Assembly (NCBI GenBank): GCA_963779765.1
Contig: CAVZZP010000002.1
Span: forward strand, 904,247-968,246
From: an uncultured Alphaproteobacteria bacterium
GTDB lineage: Bacteria; Pseudomonadota; Alphaproteobacteria; Rhodobacterales; Rhodobacteraceae
Direction: 5' to 3'
Length of the DNA: 64,000 bases
Made by a program: the position numbers and the translations under genes. The notes beneath the pieces are model-generated. The model made no database searches and had not been told where the DNA came from. It saw nothing but the letters and a program-made list of their open reading frames with translations. This document shows positions 22,733 to 33,526 of the stretch, in pieces; within the stretch, counting starts at the first letter, position 1; the number at the start of each line of letters is the position of its first letter.

Positions 22733-22775
22733 AAAAACAAAGGTCCGCTGCGTCGCAATCGGACGGCAGCGGACC
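22733..22775 (-). terminator. Hairpin with T-rich tail between the lipoprotein gene and pccA
   Basis: Minus strand GGTCCGCTGC...GCAGCGGACC followed by TTTGTTTTT. Confidence 0.6.
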
Positions 22776-22814
22776 CTGCAATGTTTGGGGCGCGCAGGCC
22801 CCTTCGTCAGTACG

Positions 22815-23015
22815 TCAGAAGTTGTTCGACACGGCGCCAGCGGCGCCGCCGATGACAGCGCCTTCGATGCACTTGCCGTTGACGAAGACTTCGCCAGCGA
22901 TGCAGCCGGCGGCCGCGCCCACGGCAGCACGCTCGAGGTCGCTGTTGAGTTCGTCACAGGCCGTGAGGCCGGCGAAAGAGAAAGCGGCAAGGGCGAGAAC
23001 GGTTTTCTTATGCAT
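22815..23015 (-). CDS. Small glycine-zipper lipoprotein
   Basis: Lipobox LTAC; AAVGAAAG...GAVIGGAAGA; AGGAGG RBS. Confidence 0.8.
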   Translation of the reverse strand: MHKKTVLALAAFSFAGLTACDELNSDLERAAVGAAAGCIAGEVFVNGKCIEGAVIGGAAGAVSNNF

Positions 23016-23264
23016 GATGTGGTGCCTCCTGATCGGGGTTGTTGGTCTTCCAACCCAGCAAAGGCCTCATTTGGTTCCCGATAGGCAATAACAATCGCAT
23101 CGGCACCGGCGCAATCGGCGATGGGCCGCGCAAGACACGAAGGTCCGACCGGTAAATTCCGGTCGGACCCGCGTGAAGGGGAAGGGTAACGGTTTTGACA
23201 AAGCGAGGCGCCGTGTCTGCTGGAGGGTGACGCCTCTTCCCCGACTGTGCACGAGACGGAAATT

Positions 23265-23284
23265 ATCGCAAAGCCTTTTGCAAA
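23265..23284 (-). promoter_or_regulatory. PccR (ScfR) operator
   Basis: Minus strand TTTGCAAA-AGGC-TTTGCGAT against the R. sphaeroides PccR motif TTTGCAAA-N4-TTTGCAAA. Confidence 0.7.
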
Positions 23285-23337
23285 ATCGCTGTCTCGACCG
23301 GCGACTCTCCGCCAACCCATGGGAAATGCGGGCGAAA

Positions 23338-23697
23338 TCATGCCACCCAAGTCCCGTCGAAGGCATCTGGGAAGGCTGCGCGAGCGCGAGGCTCGTCGAT
23401 CTTTAGAAGAGCCTCATAGCTTTCGGGGTCGAATGGATCCTCGGCTGGAATCACCTCCCGGCCGAAAAGCCAGGACAAACGGCCCGCATCCAGATTGCCG
23501 CGCTCAAAAGGTTCAGGCCCGAAATAGTCCCAAAGACACGCCATGAACGCCGCGTCCGCCGAGCGGTCGGACGTCTTGCGGTCCGCGTAACGTTCGCGAC
23601 GGATCAGGGGGGTGACCCCTTTGGGGTTGCCGCGCCGTATGGTGAACTGGAGGTCCGTTCCTGGGAAGCGACCGGGAAATCCCCTGTGCTTCAGCAT
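23338..23697 (-). CDS. Conserved hypothetical protein of the pcc cluster
   Basis: MLKHRGFPGR...FERGNLDAGRLSWLFGREV; GGAGG RBS. Confidence 0.75.
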   Translation of the reverse strand: MLKHRGFPGRFPGTDLQFTIRRGNPKGVTPLIRRERYADRKTSDRSADAAFMACLWDYFGPEPFERGNLDAGRLSWLFGREVIPAEDPFDPESYEALLKIDEPRARAAFPDAFDGTWVA

Positions 23698-23738
23698 GGG
23701 CCTGCCTCCATCCTTGCGGACCCGGCAGAAACCCTAGA

Positions 23739-23762
23739 CCGGACGCCGTGAACGGCGTCCGG
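23739..23762. terminator. Perfect 10-bp hairpin downstream of the small lipoprotein gene
   Basis: CCGGACGCCG-TGAA-CGGCGTCCGG; no U-tract, so possibly an mRNA-stabilising element. Confidence 0.5.
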
Positions 23763-23778
23763 CCGAAGAAAGTACTGA

Positions 23779-23901
23779 TCAGTACTTCGACATCGTGGGT
23801 TCTTCCATGACCGGGGTCTCGACCATGACTTCCTCTTGCTGAGCGCAAGCGGCGACGATGGTGAAGAGGCCGATGGCCAGGATGGTTTTAGTGATCGACA
23901 T
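23779..23901 (-). CDS. Small lipoprotein (40 aa)
   Basis: MSITKTILAIGLFTIVAAC lipobox, acidic tail; AAGGAGG RBS. Confidence 0.78.
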   Translation of the reverse strand: MSITKTILAIGLFTIVAACAQQEEVMVETPVMEEPTMSKY

Positions 23902-24141
23902 GACTGCCTCCTTCGATCCGTCGAGGCCGAGTTCTGAGCCCGGCCCCTGAAAGTGTCCCGCATCCCACAAGGAGAGTACGAGGCGATATCAACCGACCGA
24001 ACACGCCCAACCAATGCCGGCGAGGCGTTTTCGGCGGTTAGGTGCTGATTAGCGCATTTTATTCTGCCGACGCCAGCCCTTCCGAGCGGGGCGGAAGAAA
24101 ACCGCCTCATGTGGCACGAATACAGCACGAAGCCCGTCGTA

Positions 24142-25674
24142 TCAGAGAGGAATGTTGTCATGTTTTTTCCAAGGGTTCGTCAGCCGTTTGGTGCGCAGGG
24201 ATGCAAAGGACCGACATACCCTCCGGCGTGTCGAATGTGGCATGATGACCTCGTCGATGAACCCGCGTTCCGCAGCGCGGAAGGGGTTCGCGAAATTCGC
24301 CTCGTACTCGGCGGCGCGCGTCTTGATCTTCTCGGGGTCTCCGAGCTCGGAACGGTAGAGGATCTCGGTCGCTCCCTTCGCCCCCATGACGGCGATCTGA
24401 GCCGTGGGCCACGCGTAATTGAAATCGCCACGTAGATGCTTCGACGCCATGACGTCGTAGGCGCCCCCATACGCCTTGCGCGTGATAACGGTAACCTTGG
24501 GGACTGTCGCTTCGCCATAGGCGAACAGCAGCTTCGCGCCGTGCTTGATGACCCCACCATATTCCTGCGCGGTTCCGGGCAGAAAGCCCGGCACGTCCAC
24601 GAAGGTGAGGATCGGGATCTCGAAGGCGTCGCAGAAGCGGACGAAACGCGCGGCCTTCCGGGAGCTATCGATGTCGAGAACGCCGGCCAGCACCATCGGC
24701 TGGTTCGCGACGATGCCTACGGTCGTGCCTTCCAGCCGAATGAACCCGGTGACGATGTTGGCCGCGAAATCCTTCTGGATTTCGTAGAAGTCGCCCTCGT
24801 CCGCAACCTTCAGGATCAGCTCCTTCATGTCGTAGGGCTGGTTAGGGTTCGCCGGGATCAGAGTATCGAGGCTGTCTTCGACCCGCTCTGGATCGTCGAA
24901 GAATGGGCGGGTCGGGGCCTTGTCGCGATTGTTGAGCGGCAGGAAATCGAACAGCCTTCTGATCTCAGCAAGCGCCTCGACATCGTCCCGGAAGGCGCCG
25001 TCGGCGACGCTGGATTTCTTCGTGTGGGTCGAGGCGCCGCCAAGTTGCTCGGCCGTCACGACCTCGTTCGTGACCGTCTTCACCACGTCGGGACCGGTGA
25101 CGAACATGTAGGACGAATCCTGCACCATGAAGATGAAGTCGGTCATGGCCGGAGAATAGACCGCGCCACCTGCGCAGGGGCCCATAATGACGCTGATCTG
25201 CGGCACCACGCCCGACGCCATGATGTTGCGCTGGAATACTTCGGCATAGCCCGCGAGGCTCGCCACACCCTCTTGGATGCGGGCGCCGCCCGAGTCGTTG
25301 AGTCCGATCACGGGCGCGCCGTTCTGAAGCGCCATGTCCATGATCTTGCAAATCTTCTGCGCGTGCGTCTCGGAGAGCGACCCGCCGAAAACGGTGAAGT
25401 CCTGGCTGAAGACATAGACCATGCGGCCGTTGATCGTGCCCCAGCCCGTCACTACGCCGTCGCCCGCCGGCTTCTGCTTCTCCATTCCGAAATCCGTCGC
25501 CCTGTGGGTAACGAACATGTCGAACTCTTCGAAGGACCCCTCGTCGAGAAGAAGCTCGACCCGCTCGTGCGCCGTCAGCTTGCCCTTGGCGTGCTGCGCC
25601 GCGATGCGCGTCTCGCCGCCACCCGCACGAGCCTGAATGCGCCGCGCCTCGAGCTGGGCAAGAATATCGGACAT
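24142..25674 (-). CDS. pccB: Propionyl-CoA carboxylase beta subunit
   Basis: [46 protein letters not shown]. Confidence 0.97.
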   Translation of the reverse strand: MSDILAQLEARRIQARAGGGETRIAAQHAKGKLTAHERVELLLDEGSFEEFDMFVTHRATDFGMEKQKPAGDGVVTGWGTINGRMVYVFSQDFTVFGGSLSETHAQKICKIMDMALQNGAPVIGLNDSGGARIQEGVASLAGYAEVFQRNIMASGVVPQISVIMGPCAGGAVYSPAMTDFIFMVQDSSYMFVTGPDVVKTVTNEVVTAEQLGGASTHTKKSSVADGAFRDDVEALAEIRRLFDFLPLNNRDKAPTRPFFDDPERVEDSLDTLIPANPNQPYDMKELILKVADEGDFYEIQKDFAANIVTGFIRLEGTTVGIVANQPMVLAGVLDIDSSRKAARFVRFCDAFEIPILTFVDVPGFLPGTAQEYGGVIKHGAKLLFAYGEATVPKVTVITRKAYGGAYDVMASKHLRGDFNYAWPTAQIAVMGAKGATEILYRSELGDPEKIKTRAAEYEANFANPFRAAERGFIDEVIMPHSTRRRVCRSFASLRTKRLTNPWKKHDNIPL

Positions 25675-25736
25675 GAGCTTCCTCCTGAGGTCGTCGCCTG
25701 CACCTACTTCGCCGCGATCATCGAGAGAAGTGAAAA

Positions 25737-25784
25737 TTTGCAATATTTGCGAAAGGATCGACGCAAAAATTGCGAATGTGCGAA
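25737..25784. promoter_or_regulatory. Cluster of PccR-type TTTGCrAA half-sites upstream of pccB
   Basis: TTTGCAAT 25737-44, TTTGCGAA 25746-53, TTGCGAA 25770-76, TGTGCGAA 25777-84 in an AT-rich patch. Confidence 0.7.
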
Positions 25785-25828
25785 GCTTGGGGCGTCAAGT
25801 GGACAAGCTGAACTGTCCGGTCTAGATC

Positions 25829-27049
25829 ATGGCCATGACAACCCGACCCGTGGTGCGGTTTCTCGACCGGACTACTCCCCCGCATGTTGTGACCCTCGTT
25901 CTCATGGCCGGTCTCGGAGCCATGAACATGAGCGCGTTTCTCCCCTCGCTTACCCACATGGCCGAGCATTTCGGCACAAGCTATCAGGTGATGCAGCTCT
26001 CTGTGCCGCTCTATCTTGCGGTGACGGCGGTGATCCAGGTGGCGATCGGCCCCATCAGCGATCGCTATGGACGGCGCATGGTCACGCTGGTCTCGCAGGG
26101 CATCTTCGTCTTCGCGATCCTCGGATGCATTGTCGCACCGACCGTCGAAAGCTTCCTTGTGTTCAGAATGCTGTCAGGTGCCGTCGCCGTAGGACTCGTC
26201 CTTTCGCGCGCCATCGTCCGCGACATGGTCAGTCAGGACGAGGCTGCGTCGATGATCGGCTATGTCACCATGGGCATGGCACTTGTCCCGATGGTCGCGC
26301 CGATGATCGGAGGTGCGCTGGACGAAGCCTTCGGCTGGAAGTCGGTATTCTGGTTCCTGCTCGTCGCGGGCGTGGCCATCTGGGCGCTTTGCCTGACTGA
26401 CCAGGGCGAAACTTCGGCAGGTGGCGGCGTGTCGTTCCGCAAGCAGGTCCGCGACTATCCCGAGCTTCTGACCTCGCCCCGCTTCTGGGGTTATGTCTTC
26501 GCAGCCGCCTTCGCCAGCGGATCGTTCTTCGCATTCCTTGGCGCCGCCCCCTATGTCGCGTCCGAGATCTTCGGGCTGTCGTCGTTCTGGTCTGGCTTCT
26601 GTCTGGGCGCGCCGGCCATCGGCTATGCGCTTGGCAACTATCTCTCCGGGCGCTTCTCCGTTCGCTATGGCGTCAACTGGATGGTGAAGATCGGCGCATC
26701 CATAGCCTCGGCGGGCCTCGGCGTCGCGTTCGTCCTGACGGCAATAGGCTTCAACTCCGCCTTTCTCTTTTTCGGTTTCTGCACCTTCGTCGGCCTTGGC
26801 AACGGAATGGTCATTCCGAACGCCAGCGCCGGGATGCTGTCGGTCCGCCCGCACCTTGCAGGAACGGCCTCGGGCCTTGGAAGCGCGATCATGATCGGCG
26901 GAGGCGCGGCCTTGTCGGTGCTCTCGGGCCTCGTCATCCAGGGCGGCGGGGGAACGGTCGAGCTGCTTGCAATCATGTTGACCTCGGTCGTCCTCGGTCT
27001 TGCCTCGATCCTCTACGTCATCCGCCGCGAGCGTGCGATCCTGGTCTGA
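25829..27049 (+). CDS. Bcr/CflA-family MFS efflux transporter
   Basis: GPISDRYGRR motif A, RAIVRD, about 12 TM segments. Confidence 0.92.
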   Translation: MAMTTRPVVRFLDRTTPPHVVTLVLMAGLGAMNMSAFLPSLTHMAEHFGTSYQVMQLSVPLYLAVTAVIQVAIGPISDRYGRRMVTLVSQGIFVFAILGCIVAPTVESFLVFRMLSGAVAVGLVLSRAIVRDMVSQDEAASMIGYVTMGMALVPMVAPMIGGALDEAFGWKSVFWFLLVAGVAIWALCLTDQGETSAGGGVSFRKQVRDYPELLTSPRFWGYVFAAAFASGSFFAFLGAAPYVASEIFGLSSFWSGFCLGAPAIGYALGNYLSGRFSVRYGVNWMVKIGASIASAGLGVAFVLTAIGFNSAFLFFGFCTFVGLGNGMVIPNASAGMLSVRPHLAGTASGLGSAIMIGGGAALSVLSGLVIQGGGGTVELLAIMLTSVVLGLASILYVIRRERAILV

Positions 27050-27061
27050 GCGCTGGACAGG

Positions 27062-27091
27062 TTTGCGGATTTGCTAAATGGTCTTTGCAGC
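27062..27091. promoter_or_regulatory. Putative PccR autoregulatory sites
   Basis: TTTGCGGA, TTTGCTAA and TTTGCAGC immediately upstream of the pccR ATG. Confidence 0.55.
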
Positions 27092-27111
27092 TTTTAAGAC
27101 GCTGGACGCAG

Positions 27112-28506
27112 ATGGCGACACACAAACTTTATGCCGGCGCGAAACTTCGCGAGACACGCACGCGGCTCGGCCTGACGCAGAAGGCCTTCTCCGAACGGCT
27201 CGGGGTGTCCCTGCCTTATCTCAACCAGATGGAGAACAACCACCGTCCCGTTTCGTCCGCGGTGATCCTGGCTCTGGTTCAGGAGTTCGGCTTCGACGTC
27301 AACGAGTTGGCCGTCGGCGAAGGCGAACGCATCGTCACCGACCTGCGCGAAGCTCTGGCCGATCCGATCTTCAAGGACAGCGCGCCGCCGCAGGTCGATC
27401 TGCGCCTCGTGGCATCGAACGCGCCCGCGGTCGCCCGGGCTTTCCTGACGCTTCACCGCGCCTACGTTCAGGCGCAGGAGAGGCTGGCGTCGCTCGATGC
27501 CGCGCTCGATCAGGATGGTGTTCGTCCAGGCGCATCGCCTTGGGACGAGGTGCGCGACTTCTTTCACTACTGCGACAACTACCTCGACGCCGTAGACCGG
27601 GCCGCCGAGCGGTTCGCGGGCGTCCGCCCTGCAGAACACGCCATCACCGAAGCACTGGGCACCCTCGGGATCGAGGCGCGGGACACAGAAGAGCCGAAGC
27701 TTGTCCGCCGCTACGATGCCGCGACGCGAACCCTCTGGCTGTCGTCGCGCGCTACGGGCGCGACCCGTCGGTTCCAGGCGCTGCACCAGATCGCGCTGCT
27801 GACCCAGGGCAATCTGATAGAGGCAACGCTGGACCTAGCGCGGTTCCAGTCCGACACCGCGCGTGAAATCGCCAAGATCGGGCTCGCCAACTATTTCGCT
27901 GGCGCGGCTCTGATGCCCTACGGTGCATTTCTGGCGGCGGCGCGTGAGACGAGACACGACATCGAACTCCTGGCCCGACGCTTCGGGGCCTCGCTGGAGC
28001 AGGTCGGGCATCGGCTGTCGACGCTGCAACGGCCCGGAGCGAAGGGTGTGCCCTTCTTCTTCGTTCGCGTCGATCAGGCCGGCACCATCACCAAGCGGCA
28101 CTCGGCAACGCGGCTTCAGTTCGCGCGTTACGGCGGCGCCTGCCCTCTGTGGAACGTCCATCGCGCCTTCGAGACGCCGGGCCGATGGCTGCGGCAATTG
28201 GCAGAGACGCCCGACGGCGTGCGCTACCTGTGCCTGTCCCGCGAGATATCCCAGAGCGGATCCTCCTTCCGCGCGCCCGTGCGCCGCTTCGCCATCGGTC
28301 TGGGATGCGAGGTCAGCCATGCGGCCGAAGTGGTCTATTCCGACGGACTCGACCTGTCCGACGCGGAAAGTTTTGAGCCGATCGGAATTTCGTGTAGAAT
28401 TTGCGAACGTCGGAACTGCCACCAGCGGTCGGTACCGCCCCTCGAGAGCGAGCTGACCATCCGGCACGACCGGCGGCACACGCTGCCCTACGAGGTCGCC
28501 GGATAG
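27112..28506 (+). CDS. pccR: Short-chain fatty acyl-CoA regulator (ScfR/XRE family)
   Basis: N-terminal HTH (YLNQMENNHRP), HRLSTLQRPG, GGACPLWNVH, CRICER..CHQR; next to pccB. Confidence 0.92.
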   Translation: MATHKLYAGAKLRETRTRLGLTQKAFSERLGVSLPYLNQMENNHRPVSSAVILALVQEFGFDVNELAVGEGERIVTDLREALADPIFKDSAPPQVDLRLVASNAPAVARAFLTLHRAYVQAQERLASLDAALDQDGVRPGASPWDEVRDFFHYCDNYLDAVDRAAERFAGVRPAEHAITEALGTLGIEARDTEEPKLVRRYDAATRTLWLSSRATGATRRFQALHQIALLTQGNLIEATLDLARFQSDTAREIAKIGLANYFAGAALMPYGAFLAAARETRHDIELLARRFGASLEQVGHRLSTLQRPGAKGVPFFFVRVDQAGTITKRHSATRLQFARYGGACPLWNVHRAFETPGRWLRQLAETPDGVRYLCLSREISQSGSSFRAPVRRFAIGLGCEVSHAAEVVYSDGLDLSDAESFEPIGISCRICERRNCHQRSVPPLESELTIRHDRRHTLPYEVAG

Positions 28507-29280
28507 ATGCTTTCCACGCTCGTCTCGCTCGTCGCCACCAGCTACGTCGCCTGGTACATCGAGCGCTACGAAAAGATGGCAGTCTATCCTTTCGACAGCA
28601 CCTATGCGACGCCGGATGCCTCAGGCGAACCGCGGCTGCGGGAAACCTGGGTGGAGACTGCGGACGGAGCCCGGCTGCTGGTCTGGCGCGCTGATCCCGC
28701 GCCGGCAAAGCCCACGATCCTCTACCTCATGGGCAACGCGGGCGGCTTGCGGGAGCGGTCGGATCGGTTTCGTCGTTTTCTCGACCGAGGTTTCGGCATC
28801 GTCGCACCGGCATATAGGGGCTCCTCTGGATCGACCGGGCGGCCGGAGGAAGCCGTGCTGGTCGCCGATGCACTGGCACTTGCCCGGTCCGAAGCCGGGC
28901 CGCTCGTGCTCTACGGTGAAAGCCTCGGCGCGGCGGTCGCCATTCGGGTCGCGGCGGAGGGCGTAGGGCGGCGACTGATCCTCGAGGCGCCATTCACGTC
29001 GGTGCCCGACCTTCTTCACGCACAGTATCCCGAAGAGGACCTCTCACATCTTGTCACGCAAAGATGGGACAGCCTGGCCACCATCGAACGTGTGACCCTG
29101 CCGCTTCTGGTCGTCCACGGCGACCGCGATCATCTTGTGCCATTCGAAATGGGACGTCGGATCCATGACCGCGCGGGTTCGCAGGAGAAGCGCTTTCTCA
29201 AGGTTGCCGGCGCGGGTCACTCCGGCCTCTGGACCATAGACACGCAACTTGCGCTGTTCGACTTCCTATCCCAGGACTAA
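28507..29280 (+). CDS. Alpha/beta hydrolase (ABHD13-like)
   Basis: YRGS, GESLG nucleophile elbow, HGDRD, GAGH. Confidence 0.87.
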   Translation: MLSTLVSLVATSYVAWYIERYEKMAVYPFDSTYATPDASGEPRLRETWVETADGARLLVWRADPAPAKPTILYLMGNAGGLRERSDRFRRFLDRGFGIVAPAYRGSSGSTGRPEEAVLVADALALARSEAGPLVLYGESLGAAVAIRVAAEGVGRRLILEAPFTSVPDLLHAQYPEEDLSHLVTQRWDSLATIERVTLPLLVVHGDRDHLVPFEMGRRIHDRAGSQEKRFLKVAGAGHSGLWTIDTQLALFDFLSQD

Positions 29281-30026
29281 CGGTTCGACCGCTGGATCAC
29301 CTCCTCGACCGCGCGACGGATCATCAGAAGACATTCGGGCGTCGAAAAGCGGTGGTCGGCGTCCTTGACGAGCGTCAGCCGCATGTCCGGGCCACTGGCG
29401 TGCTCGAGAAGGCGAACCGCGGTCTCGGTCGAAACTGCTGTATCTGCGGTGCCCTGAAGGAAGCGAACCGGAAAAGGCAGTGACAACGGATCGCGCAGGA
29501 CCAGCCTTTTCTTGCCATCCTCGATAAGCTTGCGGGTGATGACGTAGGGGCTGTCGTCGTATTCGGACGGTCGCTCGACCTTGCCCTCTGCCAGAAGCGC
29601 CGCTCTTTCTGTCTCGTCGAATGTCGCCCAATAACCTTCCTCGGTGAAGTCGGGTGCTGCGGCGATGGTGACAAGACCGGCGACACGCGCCGGAATGGTT
29701 CGGGCTAGAAGAAGTGCGATCCAGCCTCCCATGGACGACCCCACGAGGACCTGCGGCCCATCAGTCATCGCTTCGACGATGGCGCGCGCGTCTTCGGTCC
29801 AGTCGCCGATGGAGCCGTCGAGGAAGTTGCCCGACGACATCCCGTGCCCGGAATAATCGAAGCGCAGGTAGGCCCGGCCCTGCTGCCGCGCCCAGGCTTC
29901 GAGGTCCAATGCCTTCGTCCCTTCCTTGTCCGACTTGAAGCCGCCCAGGAAGACGACACCCGGACCTTCGCCCGGGGTCTGGTCGTAGGCGAGGCGTCGA
30001 ACATTGTGGTCGAAGGTTTTGGGCAT
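29277..30026 (-). CDS. Alpha/beta hydrolase (ABHD10-like)
   Basis: FDYSGHG, GSSMGG, AAAPDFT, DHRFS. Confidence 0.9.
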   Translation of the reverse strand: MPKTFDHNVRRLAYDQTPGEGPGVVFLGGFKSDKEGTKALDLEAWARQQGRAYLRFDYSGHGMSSGNFLDGSIGDWTEDARAIVEAMTDGPQVLVGSSMGGWIALLLARTIPARVAGLVTIAAAPDFTEEGYWATFDETERAALLAEGKVERPSEYDDSPYVITRKLIEDGKKRLVLRDPLSLPFPVRFLQGTADTAVSTETAVRLLEHASGPDMRLTLVKDADHRFSTPECLLMIRRAVEEVIQRSNR

Positions 30027-30082
30027 CGTGTCTCCTGCCGTGGTCGCGCGCAGGCTAGCCGACACCGCTCGGGATGCAACCG

Positions 30083-31366
30083 TCAGCCCTGTTGGACCTC
30101 GTCCAGAGTGAGGGCCAGGGCCGCGCCGCCGAGGCTCATGGCCGTGAAAAGCGCCAGCGTCCATTCCGGTCCGAACGTCGAGGCGAGAGCGCCGAAGAGC
30201 CCCGAACCCAAAAGGACGATCCCGATGACGGTATTCGAAACTGCCGTGTAGTCGGCCCGCGCGTCGTCCTGTGCCATGTCCACCAGATGCGTGGAGCGAC
30301 CCTGCCGCACGCCGTTGTAGGCCAGCATGAGAAGGAACAGGACAGCGGCCGCGGCCCAGGCCTCGTCGATCATACCCACGCTCGTTAGGACGAGGGTCGC
30401 CGCCAGGGCGGCCGCGGCGGCCACACCGGAGAAGACGAGAACAAGCCGGCTCGACCGATCCGACAAGCGGCCCCAGACATAGCCCGAAACGAGCGACGCG
30501 CCCGCCGAAGCAAGGACTAGCGCCCCGAGGCGTCCAACCGTGCCGCCCTCCTCCTGCCCCGCCAGAAGCACGATGTAAGGTGGTGCAAGGGCCGTGCCGG
30601 TCAGAAGCCCCCGTGCTGCGATGAAGCGGCGAAGTTGCGAATCCTTCAGGGCCGAAAAGGCAGCGAACACCGACCTGTCGTCCGATGTTGTCTCGCTTTC
30701 CTCCTCGCGCAACGTGGCGAAGACAAGGGCCGCGGCGAGCCACAGGACGGCTGCAAAAAACAAGGCGCCCGTCACCACGGCCTCGCGAGACGCCAAACCC
30801 GTCATCAGAACCACAGCGAAGATGAGAATACCCGCAGACGCCACCGAACTTGCCAGTCCCGTTGCCGTACCGCGTCGCGTCTTGCCGACGGTCTTTCCGA
30901 GCACGTCCTTGTAGGCCACCGAGCAGACCGACCGGGCCAGCGCCAGAACGGCCAGGCAGCCTAAGATGGCGACGCCCGCCCCCCGACCCTCCAGCATCAA
31001 CGCGGCGACCCCGATGCCGAGCGCGGCCAACCCTTGCACTGCACTGCCCGCGGCCCAGGCCCACTTTCGTCGCCTGAGTGCGTGGATGCGAGCGGCCGTG
31101 AAAAGCTGCGGTAGCAACGAGCCCGCCTCGCGCACCGGAACCAGAAGACCGACCCAGAACGACCCCGCGCCGAGATGGGTGAGAAGCCAGGACAGCACGA
31201 GCTTAGGATCGATCAGCCCGTCCGCCGTCTTGGTCATGGAAAGCGACGCTGCGTGGCGCAGGAAATTGCCGGCTTCCGTCCGGGACGCGGCGGAGTCGAG
31301 GCCGCCGTCCGATGTCGTGTCGGCCAGGGTCTCGTATATCTCGGTCGTCAGGGGGGTCTGCGTCAT
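30083..31366 (-). CDS. MFS transporter
   Basis: [23 protein letters not shown], many TM helices. Confidence 0.87.
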   Translation of the reverse strand: MTQTPLTTEIYETLADTTSDGGLDSAASRTEAGNFLRHAASLSMTKTADGLIDPKLVLSWLLTHLGAGSFWVGLLVPVREAGSLLPQLFTAARIHALRRRKWAWAAGSAVQGLAALGIGVAALMLEGRGAGVAILGCLAVLALARSVCSVAYKDVLGKTVGKTRRGTATGLASSVASAGILIFAVVLMTGLASREAVVTGALFFAAVLWLAAALVFATLREEESETTSDDRSVFAAFSALKDSQLRRFIAARGLLTGTALAPPYIVLLAGQEEGGTVGRLGALVLASAGASLVSGYVWGRLSDRSSRLVLVFSGVAAAAALAATLVLTSVGMIDEAWAAAAVLFLLMLAYNGVRQGRSTHLVDMAQDDARADYTAVSNTVIGIVLLGSGLFGALASTFGPEWTLALFTAMSLGGAALALTLDEVQQG

Positions 31367-31413
31367 GGGTGAGATACGCACGACGCCGCAGAGGGTTCAA
31401 TTTCCGTCAGCCG

Positions 31414-31495
31414 TTGACACGACGCCCCCGGTTCGCCATGTCCGATGCGACATACCCGCAATCGGGCGTTCCGTGGGCGCCAAACCGACGAGGAG
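31414..31495 (+). promoter_or_regulatory. thrS promoter and leader (TTGACA -35, anticodon-like hairpin, GAGGAG RBS)
   Basis: TTGACA 31414-19; stem GGCGT/GCGCC with 7-nt loop TCCGTGG (31465-31481); RBS 31490-95. Confidence 0.55.
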
Positions 31496-31505
31496 CATAA
31501 GGCCG

Positions 31506-33491
31506 ATGGCCCAGATTTCCCTGACATTCCCCGATGGCAACTCGCGCTCCTATGCGTCAGGCGTGACGCCTGCCGAAGTGGCCGCCGACATCTCCTCCTC
31601 GCTCGCCAAGAAGGCGATCAGCGCCAAGATCGACGGCCGCCACTGGGATCTTCAATGGCCGATCGACGGCGACGCCGCCATCTCGATCCACACGATGAAG
31701 GACGACGCCCCGGCGCTGGAACTGATCCGGCACGACCTCGCCCACATCATGGCCCGGGCGGTGCAGGAGATCTGGCCCGACGTGAAGGTCACGATCGGCC
31801 CCGTCATCGAGAACGGCTGGTACTACGATTTCGACCGCGCCGAGCCGTTCACGCCAGAAGATCTGGGGCGTATCGAAGCGAAGATGAAAGAGATCATCAA
31901 CGCGCGCGATCCGGTCCGCACGGAAGTCTGGTCGCGCGCCGACGCCATCGCGCACTACGAGGCTTCGGGGGAGAACTACAAGGTCGAACTGGTGAACGCG
32001 ATCCCGGACGACGGCCAGCCGATCCGCATGTACTGGCACGGAGACTGGCAGGATCTCTGCCGAGGGCCGCATCTTCAGCACACGGGCCAGGTTCCCGCCG
32101 ACGCGTTCAAGCTGATGAGCGTGGCAGGCGCCTATTGGCGAGGCGACTCGTCTCGCCCGATGCTTCAGCGCATCTACGGCGTGGCGTTCCGCAACCGCGA
32201 CGACCTGAAGGCGCACCTGACGATGCTCGAGGAGGCCGCCAAGCGCGACCACCGGCGGCTGGGGCGCGAGATGGACCTCTTCCACATGCAGGAAGAGGCG
32301 CCGGGCCAGGTTTTCTGGCATCCGGACGGATGGACGATCTACACCACCCTTCAGGACTACATGCGCCGAAAGCAGCGCGCCGGCGGCTACCGCGAGATCA
32401 ACACGCCGCAGGTCGTCGACCGCAAGCTCTGGGAGGCCTCGGGCCACTGGGAGAAGTATCAGCACCACATGTTCCTGGTGGAAGTCGACGAAAGCCGCGA
32501 CGGCGAGAACGACGACGCCTCCGCCGTGAAGAACCGCGACCAGACCCGGGTCAACGCCCTGAAGCCGATGAACTGCCCCTGCCACGTTCAGGTCTTCAAC
32601 CAGGGACTGAAAAGCTATCGCGACCTGCCCTTGCGACTGGCCGAATTCGGCTCGTGCAACCGGTTCGAGCCGTCCGGCGCGTTGCACGGCATCATGCGGG
32701 TCCGCGGCTTTACGCAAGACGACGCCCACATCTTCTGCACCGAGGATCAGATCGAGGAGGAATGCGCCCGGTTCATCGCCTTTCTGGCGAACATCTACCA
32801 GGAACTCGGCTTCGACGATTTCGAAATCCGCTTCGCCACGCGGCCTGCAAAGCGGGTCGGCACCGAGGAGAGCTGGGACTACGTCGAGGGCGCACTGGAA
32901 AAAGCGATCAAGGCCGTCGGCCGCGACTATACGCTGGAGCCGGGGGACGGGGCCTTCTACGGGCCGAAGCTGGACTTCTACCTGACCGACGCGATCGGAC
33001 GCGTCTGGCAATGCGGAACCTTCCAGGTGGACCCCAACCTTCCCGAGAGGCTGGGCGCCGGCTACATCGCGGCCGACGGGGCCCGGCACCGGCCGTTCAT
33101 GCTACACCGCGCGACGCTAGGCTCGTTCGAGCGGTTCATCGGCATCCTGATCGAGAACTGGGAAGGCAAGCTGCCGTTCTGGCTGGCGCCTCGCCAGGTC
33201 GTTGTCGCGTCGATCGTATCCGATGCGGACGACTATGTCGCGAAGGTGGTACAGAGACTGACCGCCGCGGGCGTCCGGGCAGAGGCCGACACGCGGAACG
33301 AGAAGATCAACTACAAGATCCGCGAGCATTCCGTCGGGAAGGTGCCGGTCATCCTCGCCATCGGACAGCGCGAGGTCGAGGACAACACTGTGACGGTCCG
33401 GCGCCTCGGCACGAAGGAGACATCGACGGTGGCGCTCGACGCAATTGTGGAAGAGCTGAGGCTCGACGCGCTGCCGCCCGATCTGCGGTGA
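31506..33491 (+). CDS. thrS: Threonyl-tRNA synthetase
   Basis: [37 protein letters not shown]. Confidence 0.98.
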   Translation: MAQISLTFPDGNSRSYASGVTPAEVAADISSSLAKKAISAKIDGRHWDLQWPIDGDAAISIHTMKDDAPALELIRHDLAHIMARAVQEIWPDVKVTIGPVIENGWYYDFDRAEPFTPEDLGRIEAKMKEIINARDPVRTEVWSRADAIAHYEASGENYKVELVNAIPDDGQPIRMYWHGDWQDLCRGPHLQHTGQVPADAFKLMSVAGAYWRGDSSRPMLQRIYGVAFRNRDDLKAHLTMLEEAAKRDHRRLGREMDLFHMQEEAPGQVFWHPDGWTIYTTLQDYMRRKQRAGGYREINTPQVVDRKLWEASGHWEKYQHHMFLVEVDESRDGENDDASAVKNRDQTRVNALKPMNCPCHVQVFNQGLKSYRDLPLRLAEFGSCNRFEPSGALHGIMRVRGFTQDDAHIFCTEDQIEEECARFIAFLANIYQELGFDDFEIRFATRPAKRVGTEESWDYVEGALEKAIKAVGRDYTLEPGDGAFYGPKLDFYLTDAIGRVWQCGTFQVDPNLPERLGAGYIAADGARHRPFMLHRATLGSFERFIGILIENWEGKLPFWLAPRQVVVASIVSDADDYVAKVVQRLTAAGVRAEADTRNEKINYKIREHSVGKVPVILAIGQREVEDNTVTVRRLGTKETSTVALDAIVEELRLDALPPDLR

Positions 33492-33499
33492 ACCGCCCC

Positions 33500-33526
33500 G
33501 TCAGGCCGCGCTTGTCGCGGCCTGAC
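33500..33526. terminator. 11-bp hairpin at the convergent thrS / GGDEF-EAL junction
   Basis: GTCAGGCCGCG-CTTGT-CGCGGCCTGAC. Confidence 0.45.

Noticed and set aside
24436-26400. Long antisense or alternative-frame ORFs (also 17232..18614, 31445..33766, 51505..53421, 54635..56281)
   Set aside because: Shadow ORFs typical of high-GC coding DNA; they overlap well-supported genes and lack motifs.
32485-32550. Acidic insertion in ThrS ([19 protein letters not shown])
   Set aside because: An in-frame surface-loop expansion with no intein or repeat-element hallmarks.
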